A DNA stretch of 64,000 nt from Chloroflexota bacterium. Lineage in GTDB: Bacteria > Chloroflexota > Limnocylindria > QHBO01. Numbering within the stretch: position 1 is the first letter of the stretch; every line of letters starts with the position of its first letter. Below are positions 56,849 to 64,000 of the stretch, piece after piece. The stretch covers positions 565-64,564 of the forward strand of contig JBQTHZ010000010.1 in assembly GCA_052388515.1 (NCBI GenBank). The letters are read 5' to 3'. The position numbers and the translations under genes are program-made. The notes beneath the pieces are model-generated. The model made no database searches. It saw only the letters and a program-made list of their open reading frames with translations, and was not told the origin of the DNA.

Positions 56849-57871
56849 GTGGGGCACGCAAGGCTCGTTCCGGCGATCATCGTCGATCGTCGCCGCCTGG
56901 CGCCGCCCGGCACAAAGGCCGCCGGCTCAACGACCCAACTCGCTACGATCAACCGCGTGCCGGGATTGATCGAGTGCGTGCCGAACTTCAGCGAGGGGCG
57001 CCGCGACGAGGTCGTCGAGCAGATCGTGCGCGCGATCGGCCAGATCGAGGGCGTGACGGTTCTCGATCACACCCGTGACGAGACCCACAACCGCAGCGTC
57101 GTCACGTTCGCCGGCAGCGCCGAGCCGGTCGTCCGGGCGGCGACGGCGGCGGTCGGCCGGGCGCTCGAGCTGATCGACATGGAGCAGCACCTGGGCGCGC
57201 ATCCTCGCATCGGCGCCGTGGACGTCATCCCCTTCGTCCCGCTGGGCACCACCCGGATCGAAGAGTGCGTTGACCTGGCGCGCAGGTTCGGCGAGCAGAT
57301 CGCGACGCGCTTCGAGATCCCCGTCTACCTGTATGGCGATGCGGCACTGCGCCCGGATCGCCGGCGGCTGGCCGACGTCCGACGCGGCCAGTACGAGGTG
57401 ATCCGCGATGAGATCGGCACGAACCCGATGCGAGCTCCAGACTTCGGCCCGCTCAAGACGCACCCTCGTGGCGGTGCCGTGGCGGTCGGAGCGCGGAAGC
57501 CGCTGATTGCCTTCAACATCAACCTGCGCACCGATGAGCTCGCCACCGCCATCAAGATCGCGAGCGCGATCCGGGAGAGCTCGGGCGGCATGCCGGCGGT
57601 CCAGGCCATGGGAGTCCTGCTCGAGAACCCTGGCGTGCGCCCCATGGCGCAGGTCAGCACCAACCTGGTGGACTGGGAGCGCACCGGCATCGCTTCCGTC
57701 GTGCGCGAGGTACGGCGGCTCGCACAGGAGGCCGGAACGGATGTTGACCATTGCGAGCTCATCGGTCTGGCCCCGACCGGCGCGCTGCTCGAGGTGGCGG
57801 CCGACACCCTGGGGCTGGCCGACTTCAGCGCGGACCAGGCGCTCGAGCTGCGCCTCGCTCGCGACCGTTAG
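56849..57871 (+). CDS. glutamate formimidoyltransferase (formiminotransferase domain, FTCD N-terminal type)
   Basis: LIECVPNFSEGRRDEVVEQIV is the hallmark N-terminus of the formiminotransferase domain. The true start is probably a GTG/TTG shortly before this motif rather than ATG 56849. Confidence 0.8.
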   Translation: MGHARLVPAIIVDRRRLAPPGTKAAGSTTQLATINRVPGLIECVPNFSEGRRDEVVEQIVRAIGQIEGVTVLDHTRDETHNRSVVTFAGSAEPVVRAATAAVGRALELIDMEQHLGAHPRIGAVDVIPFVPLGTTRIEECVDLARRFGEQIATRFEIPVYLYGDAALRPDRRRLADVRRGQYEVIRDEIGTNPMRAPDFGPLKTHPRGGAVAVGARKPLIAFNINLRTDELATAIKIASAIRESSGGMPAVQAMGVLLENPGVRPMAQVSTNLVDWERTGIASVVREVRRLAQEAGTDVDHCELIGLAPTGALLEVAADTLGLADFSADQALELRLARDR

Positions 57872-58158
57872 CCTGCGGTGCCAGCCGGCACCGGAATCCG
57901 CGCGATCTGGCAGATGCCTTGCAAGGCTCATCAAGGGAGACCTGGTAACACAGCCACAGCGAGAGACGTCGACACACCGATGATGCCCAGCACACGGCCA
58001 GCCGCACGCAGCCGCCCGAACCGAGTCCTCGTTGCCCTTGCGGCCGCATGGATGGTCCTGTCCCTGGCCATCGGAGGCGCCGTTCAGGCCGACGCGAGCC
58101 CCGAGGTTCGCCCAGGTCCCGCCGTCGCAGGGTCGAGCCAGGACTGACGACCGGCCGC

Positions 58159-58184
58159 TCGGCGTCGAGGCGCTAGACTCGACG
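58159..58184 (+). promoter_or_regulatory. inverted repeat GGCGTCGAG-N8-CTCGACGCC immediately 5' of argS start codon
   Basis: A 9-bp perfect arm hairpin ending 5 nt before the argS ATG. It may be a terminator for upstream transcription or an RBS-occluding structure. Confidence 0.35.
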
Positions 58185-58188
58185 CCCC

Positions 58189-59841
58189 ATGAGCCTTCGA
58201 GCCGATCTCACCCGTGCCATCGTCGAGGCGCGTGACCGCGCCATCGAGGGCGGCGAGCTGACGGTCGCCGAGGGCGCGCAGCTCCCCGCTGTTGGCCTCG
58301 AGCGTCCCGCCAAGCCGGAACACGGCGACTGGGCGAGCAACGTGGCCATGCAGCTCGCCCCCCTCGTCCGCGCCGCGCCAATCCGCATCGCCGAGACGAT
58401 CGTCGCGCGCCTCGATCAGCCAGCGTCCATCGCGAAGGTTTCGATTGCGCCGCCGGGATTTGTCAACCTTCACCTGGACGCTGGATGGGTGGCAGCACAG
58501 GCAGGCCCGATCCGCGCGGCCGGATCGACCTACGGCCACAACACCGTTGATGAGCCGCGCCGCATCAACGTCGAGTTCGTCAGTGCCAATCCAACCGGCC
58601 CCCTCCATGTCGGCAATGCTCGCGGGGCGTTCGTTGGTGACGTGCTGTCTCGGGTCCTTGGCGCGGTCGGCCACCATGTCGAGCGGGAGTACTACTTCAA
58701 TGATTTCGGGGCCCAGGTCATCAACCTGGGCCACTCCGTCCTCGCGCGTCGAGATGCGACGGAGCTTCCCGATGACGGCTATCGAGGCGAGTACGTGGAG
58801 GCACTTGCCGCGGAGCTTCCCGACGACGTCGCCGCACGGGCTGCGGAGCAGCCCGGCGAGGCCGGACGGGTCGTCGGCGCGTGGGCCACCGAGCGCGTGC
58901 GTGCCGGCATCGAGGCCAGTCTTGCGCGACTGGGCGTCGAGTTCGACGTGTGGAAAGAGGAGTCGTCGCTGCACGACGGCGGATGGGTGGAGCGGGCAGT
59001 GGGGCAGCTGCGCGCCAGCGGCCACGTGTTCGAGGATGATGGCGCGACCTGGTTCAGGTCCACAGCCTTCGGCGACGACAAGGACCGCGTGATCTATCGG
59101 TCCAATGGTCTGCCCACCTACTTTGCGTCCGATATCGGCTATGTCACCGAGAAGCTCAGCCGTGGCTTCCACGAGCTCATCTACATCTGGGGCGCCGATC
59201 ACCACGGCACGGTCGCCCGCGTCCGCAACGCAGCCGAGGCGATGGGCTTCGACCGCGAGGCGGTGCGGATGTTGCTGATCGCCTGGGTCCGATTCGTCCG
59301 CGACGGCGTCGAGATCCCGATGAGCAAGCGGTCCGGCGAGTTCATCACCCTCGACGACGTGCTCAACGAGGTCGGCGTCGACGCGGCGCGCTGGTACTTC
59401 AGCTCGCGCGCGTACACGACCGGCATCGACTTCGACCTGGAGCTGGCGAAGAAGCAGAGCAACGAGAACCCCGTCTACTACGTGCAGTACGCGCACGCGC
59501 GGGCCTCGTCGATCCTCCGTCACGCCGCCGATGCCGGAGTCACGCCCGACGCCTCGCGCACTGCCGAGCTGCTCCGGCATCCGGCCGAACAGGCGCTCCT
59601 GCGCCAGCTGCTCGACTTCCCCGATGCGCTGGCCACCGCCGCCGAGCGTCGCGAGACCCACGAGGTGCCACGCTTCTGCTACGAGCTGGCGAGCGCCTTC
59701 TCCGCGTTCTATCGCGATTGCAAGGTGCTCACCGAGGATGAGCCGCTCTCGGCTGCGCGACTGGCGCTGGTGCACGCCACCCGTTCGGTCCTCGCCAACG
59801 GCCTTGATCTTCTTGGGATCTCAGCCCCGGACTCCATGTAA
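58189..59841 (+). CDS. argS: arginine--tRNA ligase
   Basis: 550 aa with an N-terminal Arg-tRNA-binding domain, class I HIGH-like PTGPLHVGNARG and a C-terminal DALR anticodon-binding domain. Confidence 0.9.
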   Translation: MSLRADLTRAIVEARDRAIEGGELTVAEGAQLPAVGLERPAKPEHGDWASNVAMQLAPLVRAAPIRIAETIVARLDQPASIAKVSIAPPGFVNLHLDAGWVAAQAGPIRAAGSTYGHNTVDEPRRINVEFVSANPTGPLHVGNARGAFVGDVLSRVLGAVGHHVEREYYFNDFGAQVINLGHSVLARRDATELPDDGYRGEYVEALAAELPDDVAARAAEQPGEAGRVVGAWATERVRAGIEASLARLGVEFDVWKEESSLHDGGWVERAVGQLRASGHVFEDDGATWFRSTAFGDDKDRVIYRSNGLPTYFASDIGYVTEKLSRGFHELIYIWGADHHGTVARVRNAAEAMGFDREAVRMLLIAWVRFVRDGVEIPMSKRSGEFITLDDVLNEVGVDAARWYFSSRAYTTGIDFDLELAKKQSNENPVYYVQYAHARASSILRHAADAGVTPDASRTAELLRHPAEQALLRQLLDFPDALATAAERRETHEVPRFCYELASAFSAFYRDCKVLTEDEPLSAARLALVHATRSVLANGLDLLGISAPDSM

Positions 59842-59882
59842 CTTCGGCCGTCATCGCAATCGAACGAGTCGCGCGCAATGAC

Positions 59883-61217
59883 TCAGTCCGCGGCGTTCAC
59901 CGTCTGAGCCAGCAGCTCATCGGTCGAAGCGTGAGCGACGAGGATCTCGCCATTGGGCAGCTCCGTGACGGAGGCCGGAAAGTCCAGCCCGTCCACCACG
60001 GTTCCGTAGGCGGCAAGGAACTCGTTCGCGTCGGCCGGGGAGTCCCAGGCCAGTCGCCAAGCCACGGCGAATGCGTCGTCCGGGCCGGTCACGATCACCG
60101 CCCGATCGCCGCCCCACCCGTCACTCGCCTCCTGGGCATCGAGCAGCGACACGCCGAAGTACTCGAGCATGATGTTGATGGTGGCCTCCCCGATCGGCGT
60201 GGCGTCGACCTCCTCCCATCCATCGCCAAGCGCAGCTGCGAGGTCCGGCAGCTGGACGGTATCAGGCGTCTCACGGGACTCCCACGCCTCGAGGTCGATG
60301 ATCTGCTCGGTCGATGCAGGCGGGTCGTCGTACGCGGCGTCGATCTCGGCGAAGTCTGGATTGGTCGGGTCGCCACCGGCCAGCGCGGTGCTCCAGGTCA
60401 GCCCGGCATCGTAGGGAAAGGCAAGCTGCGCGACCATCCATGACGGGATGCCGCTGGTGTCCGGGATCTCGACGCTCTCGAAGTACTCGAGAATCTCGCC
60501 CTGGCTCAGGTGCTGAAGCATCCAGGACAGCATGGTCACGGTCGCGTCTCCCTCGATGAGCGCGACCCGCGCAAGGCCTCGGTCATCCTCGCCGTCGGCG
60601 TCCGTCTCGAGTGAGTCGAGCCCGAAGGCGGCGTCCTGGAGGGCATGCGTGTACTCGTGGGCATAGGTGATGCGTGCCTCGACGTCGAGCCCGGCGTCGG
60701 AGACGATGACCATCCGCTTCTCGATGTCATCGTAGAAGCCGAGCACCTGGTCACCGAGCAGCTCGAGCTGGAGCTCGGCGATGTCCTGGTCCGCCGCGAG
60801 CAGGCCCAGCGCGCGCAACGCGATGTTGTCCCGCTCGCGCTCCTCGAGCGGATACTCCTCGTCGAACAGCTCCAGCAGCTCTTCGGCGAGCTCCTCGCGG
60901 CTGATGATCTCGGCGGGTCCGATGTCGGCCTCTGCCAGGCCTCGGATCGCCGTCACCTGCTGCTCGATCTCGTCGAGGATGGCCTGCGCCTCGGCCGCAC
61001 CCGGGATCGACGCCTCCGGGCTGGCACTGCCAGCCACTGATGCCTCGGCGCTGGGACTGGCGCCGGACGGGGCCGACGGTCGACTCGTCGGAATTGCCTC
61101 AGGGCCGAGGCCGATCTCGGCGCCGCCGGCGCGCAGGCCGAGGATTGCGACCGCCGCGACCAGGAGGATGGAGACCAGGAGGAGGACGAGTCGGTGGGCA
61201 GCAGCCATCGACGCCAT
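59883..61217 (-). CDS. hypothetical secreted/membrane-anchored protein with HExxH motif (HEYTHALQD), putative zinc metallopeptidase-like
   Basis: N-terminal TM/signal anchor, then a Ser/Ala/Pro linker and an acidic globular domain with a single HExxH motif. Confidence 0.5.
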   Translation of the reverse strand: MASMAAAHRLVLLLVSILLVAAVAILGLRAGGAEIGLGPEAIPTSRPSAPSGASPSAEASVAGSASPEASIPGAAEAQAILDEIEQQVTAIRGLAEADIGPAEIISREELAEELLELFDEEYPLEERERDNIALRALGLLAADQDIAELQLELLGDQVLGFYDDIEKRMVIVSDAGLDVEARITYAHEYTHALQDAAFGLDSLETDADGEDDRGLARVALIEGDATVTMLSWMLQHLSQGEILEYFESVEIPDTSGIPSWMVAQLAFPYDAGLTWSTALAGGDPTNPDFAEIDAAYDDPPASTEQIIDLEAWESRETPDTVQLPDLAAALGDGWEEVDATPIGEATINIMLEYFGVSLLDAQEASDGWGGDRAVIVTGPDDAFAVAWRLAWDSPADANEFLAAYGTVVDGLDFPASVTELPNGEILVAHASTDELLAQTVNAAD

Positions 61218-61445
61218 TCTACGCAGCCGTCGGGTCCCGACCCGGGCAACGTTCAGGTTTCTTAAGGTGCGGCAAGCCCACGGTTTAGATCGGGCCCCTA
61301 GTGTTCAAGCTGCGAGTTGGAGATCCCTAGGGTTTCTACCTCCACCCTCCCTCCTTCGAGCCCCGGTGTCATTGGGCGGGCACCGGGGCTCGTGCTATGT
61401 CCCGGACCGCCACCATGCGCGCAAGCCCGCCTTCACCGCGCCGTT

Positions 61446-61606
61446 TTGCTGGCCCAGCAACTAATGCGTTTGCTGGCCCAGCAACTAATGGTGGACTTCG
61501 GGCCACGAACCGGGCTTCCGTCGTCGCCTGTTGCTGGCCCACCAACTCAGAACCAGCGAGGCCGCCGAACGGGTGTCTCCACTGCAGATAGTTGCTCCCC
61601 CAGCAA
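61446..61606. repeat. array of four TTGC-N7-GCAA palindromic elements (61446-61460, 61470-61484, 61531-61545, 61592-61606), spacings 24, 61, 61 bp
   Basis: TTGCTGGCCCAGCAA x2 (a near-perfect 24-bp tandem duplication cgtttTGCTGGCCCAGCAActaatg), TTGCTGGCCCACCAA and TTGCTCCCCCAGCAA. All lie in the divergent intergenic region upstream of the MBL hydrolase gene. Confidence 0.7.
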
Positions 61607-61673
61607 GGAATACGATCAGGCGCGATGCGATGAGGCGAGGCCGCAGCCACGCACGCGCTCCATCGGCGCTACC

Positions 61674-62327
61674 ATGCGCGCACCGATGGAAATCACCTGG
61701 TACGGGCGCGCCTGCTTCCGGCTGAAGGGCAAGGACGCCACCGTCATCACCGATCCATGCCCACCGTCCACCGGTTTCGTGGCCGGCAAGCATGACGTCG
61801 AGCTGCTCACGATCAGTCACGCCCATCCCGATCACTCCTACACCCGATCGATCACCGCCGGCCTGACGCTGACGCGACCCGGCGAGTACGAGTTCAGCGA
61901 CCTCCTCGTCACCGGCATCCGCACATTTCACGACGGCGAGGCCGGCGACGCACGCGGCGAGAACATGGTCTTCGCCGTCGAGGTCGACGGAGTGCACATC
62001 TGTCACCTCGGGGATCTCGGGCATCTCCTGACCGATGAGCAGCTCACCGAGCTTGGCCCCGTGGACGTGCTCCTCGTCCCGGTCGGGGGCGAGACCACGC
62101 TCACGCCTGCAGAAGCCGCCGAGGTCGTCGCGCAGATCGGTCCGAAGATCGTGATCCCGATGCACTTCGCGGTGGACGGAGCCTCCAGGGACCTGCTCGG
62201 ACCGGAGAAGTTCCTTCACGAGATGGCCGCCGAGCCCATTCGCCAGCCGAAGGCGCAGGTGACGGTCAGCTCCCTGCCTGACGAGACCCAGGTCGTCGTC
62301 CTCGAGGCCCGCGGCCGCACCTCCTGA
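61674..62327 (+). CDS. MBL-fold metallo-hydrolase (UlaG-like / Zn-dependent hydrolase)
   Basis: ITDPCPP..., the HAHPDH metal-binding motif, and ...VLLVPVGG, ...IPMHF. The start is ATG 61674 (MRAPMEITWYG) or 61686. Confidence 0.75.
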   Translation: MRAPMEITWYGRACFRLKGKDATVITDPCPPSTGFVAGKHDVELLTISHAHPDHSYTRSITAGLTLTRPGEYEFSDLLVTGIRTFHDGEAGDARGENMVFAVEVDGVHICHLGDLGHLLTDEQLTELGPVDVLLVPVGGETTLTPAEAAEVVAQIGPKIVIPMHFAVDGASRDLLGPEKFLHEMAAEPIRQPKAQVTVSSLPDETQVVVLEARGRTS

Positions 62328-62580
62328 GATCGGCGGGCCAACCGCCGATCGGCAGTCGCCATTGGTACTGGGACCAGCGTTGCCTGAGCGCACCGGGAAT
62401 TCGCGCACCGTCCTCCCCGGACCTCAGCGGACGCCACAAAACTCCCAAAACTTCCCTATTACCAAAGTACCGGTCGCTCCCTATACTCGCCGAGCCGATG
62501 AGCGTTGGGACTCATTTCATAGCCCAGACGATCGGTAGCAGGGGTGCTGGATTTCATCCAGGGGAAGGAACGGATTTATC

Positions 62581-63654
62581 GTGAGACTCAATCGTAGGAG
62601 CAGGGGGTCGCGGTTGCTCGTGCTGACGAGCTCGATGACGCTTCTGCTCTCCAGCGTGTACTTCGCCGCGATCCCGGTGCTCGCGGCGCACACCATCACC
62701 ATCAACGACTACGACGAGACCGCGCACGAGTGCGGCAACGACGGCGGCTTCAAGATCGAGGCCGAATGGGTCCAGGATGGTGAGCACACCTACCACCTTC
62801 GCGACGGCGCCGACAACCTCCTCTTCAGCGTGAAGATCGACGCCACGTTCGATGACGAGAACGAGTTCAAGGAGTTCGACTACTCGAACGCGAACCCGGT
62901 TCCCGAATACGTCGTCGTGTTCGGCGCCGGCCAGGAGAAGGAGTATCCGGGTGGCGCGAGCGGCAACAATCTCACGACCCTGACGGGCCAGGAGATCAGC
63001 CACATCTCGTTCTGTGGCGAGGAAGAGGTGACGGCGACCGCGACGGCAACGGCGACCGCGACGGCGACCGCGACGGCAACGGCAACCGCGACCGCAACGC
63101 CGCGCGAGGAGGAAGAGGACGACGCCGCGCTGAACATCCGCAAGGTGGATGAGGACGGCAACCGACTCGAGGGCGCCGTCTTCACCGTCGAGGGGATGGA
63201 CGGCACGTTCACCACCAACGACCGTGGCTTCTTCTGCATCACCGGTCTCGAGAACGACTCGGAGTGGCTGGTGACCGAGATCGAGGCGCCCGAAGGCTAC
63301 GAGATTGCCGACGAGCCGTCTCAGATGGTCGAAGTCGATGACGACGGCGACTGCAGCAGCCCGGACGCGGTGTTCGTGAACACCCTTGCCGAGGAGGAGC
63401 CGGAGGAGCCGGAGCAGCCGGAGGAGCCGGGCGGGACGACGGAGCCGAACCAGAGCGGCCCATCGCCGACGCCCCGCGAGGACACTGCCGGTGGCAACCC
63501 GACCCCGAAGCCGCGCCGCGGCGCCCTGCCCGACACGGCGATCTCGGAAGGCTCGTCCGCTCCGATTCCTGCCGGGGTGGCTGCCCTGGTGGCCCTTGCA
63601 TCCCTCAGCGTCCTGGCCGGAGTCCGGTTCGCGGAGGTCCGCTCGCGCCGGTAG
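62581..63654 (+). CDS. cell-surface protein with SpaA/prealbumin-like fold domain, (Thr-Ala)n and (Glu-Pro)n low-complexity linkers and C-terminal sorting-signal-like LPDTA + TM + basic tail
   Basis: GTG start with a GGAAGGA RBS and a signal peptide. The central domain LNIRKVDEDGNRLEGAVFTVEG...GFFCITGLENDSEWLVTEIEAPEGYEI is typical of SpaA-like isopeptide/adhesin B domains. The C-terminus RRGALPDTAISEG...AGVAALVALASLSVLAGVRFAEVRSRR looks like a sortase-type sorting signal. Confidence 0.7.
   Translation: MRLNRRSRGSRLLVLTSSMTLLLSSVYFAAIPVLAAHTITINDYDETAHECGNDGGFKIEAEWVQDGEHTYHLRDGADNLLFSVKIDATFDDENEFKEFDYSNANPVPEYVVVFGAGQEKEYPGGASGNNLTTLTGQEISHISFCGEEEVTATATATATATATATATATATATPREEEEDDAALNIRKVDEDGNRLEGAVFTVEGMDGTFTTNDRGFFCITGLENDSEWLVTEIEAPEGYEIADEPSQMVEVDDDGDCSSPDAVFVNTLAEEEPEEPEQPEEPGGTTEPNQSGPSPTPREDTAGGNPTPKPRRGALPDTAISEGSSAPIPAGVAALVALASLSVLAGVRFAEVRSRR
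63031..63096 (+). repeat. simple sequence repeat (ACGGCGACCGCG)n encoding (Thr-Ala)11
   Basis: ~5.5 copies of a 12-nt unit with minor A/G variation, in-frame inside the surface-protein gene. Confidence 0.8.
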
Positions 63655-63673
63655 ACGGCGACGAGCCAACGCT

Positions 63674-63705
63674 GTCACGGCCCCGGATCAGCCTGGGGCC
63701 GTGAC
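63674..63705 (+). terminator. stem-loop GTCACGGCCCC-10nt-GGGGCCGTGAC downstream of the surface-protein gene
   Basis: An 11-bp perfect stem 20 nt after the stop codon. Confidence 0.5.
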
Positions 63706-63808
63706 CCAGACGCCGGAGGCGTCGGTCGTCAGGATCGGCGCCTCGGAAACCCAGGGTGGCGCAAGCGCACGTTTCTTGGCCCATTGATCCAGCCCCCCTG
63801 GCAGGGAC

Positions 63809-63840
63809 GGGGTAGAGGTTCGCCTCTACCCCGTCTTCTG
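63809..63840 (+). terminator. stem-loop GGGGTAGAGG-ttcg-CCTCTACCCC followed by GUCUUCUG
   Basis: A 10-bp perfect stem with a tetraloop and a U-rich tail. This is the second hairpin after the surface-protein gene. Confidence 0.5.
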
Positions 63841-64000
63841 ATGCCACCCGTGGCGTCGTAGCCGCTAGGGCCGGGTGCGTCTCGGCCGCTCCGTTGGCTG
63901 TGGCTTCGAGGACTGCTCCGGGTTCGCGGTGTGCGCCGGCTTCGGCGTTCGGTCCGGCTTCGCTGATGGGTGGGGCTTCGGCGTTCGGTCCGAGCGCGGC

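Noticed and set aside
61230-61340. tRNA or other small RNA gene in the lower-GC stretch
   Set aside because: No GTTCRANYC T-loop or cloverleaf-compatible pairing found. The same is true for 62340-62580 and 63780-63850. No tRNA or rRNA signatures were detected anywhere in the window.
19550-61606. CRISPR array or integron attC interpretation of the TTGC-N7-GCAA arrays
   Set aside because: Repeat units are short (15 bp core) with a variable centre and conserved arms, the opposite of CRISPR (identical repeats, variable spacers). Each array has only 3-4 copies and no cas or intI genes are nearby. The attC R''/L'' core (GTTRRRY) is absent.

Overview
This is a high-GC (~70%) bacterial chromosomal window. 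It probably comes from a Gram-positive-type lineage such as Actinomycetota or Chloroflexota: it has Cheo-type LexA boxes (GAAC-N4-GTTC), an F420-type luciferase-like oxidoreductase and a UPF0182 protein. Coding density is high on both strands, and I saw no transposase, integrase, CRISPR array, rRNA or tRNA.

The first ~24 kb is a large purine-biosynthesis region on the minus strand (purN, purM, purF, purL, purQ, purS, purC, purB, purE, purD, guaA). It is interrupted by non-pur genes, including a GGDEF+HD-GYP protein, MgtC and two tandem zinc-ribbon membrane proteins between purQ and purL.

The middle of the window holds a GuaB3-like IMP dehydrogenase paralog, a truncated photolyase remnant, purA, a zf-trcl zinc protein, dnaB and rplI. 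Next comes an SOS module: a Cheo box precedes a tightly spaced lexA, AlkZ/YcaQ-like glycosylase and dinB operon. It is followed by a small unknown ORF with its own promoter, two perfect LexA boxes and a terminator.

The rest covers one-carbon and histidine-utilisation genes (a stand-alone formimino-THF cyclodeaminase domain, folD, hutH, hutU and a separate glutamate formimidoyltransferase), an ABC transporter, argS, and a cell-surface protein with a simple-sequence repeat. It also contains an rsmI, ArmA/Rmt-family 16S rRNA m7G1405 methyltransferase and tgt operon.

The most unusual non-coding signal is a dispersed family of TTGC-N7-GCAA palindromes. They sit in arrays of 3-4 copies with ~51/61 bp phasing in at least four intergenic regions.
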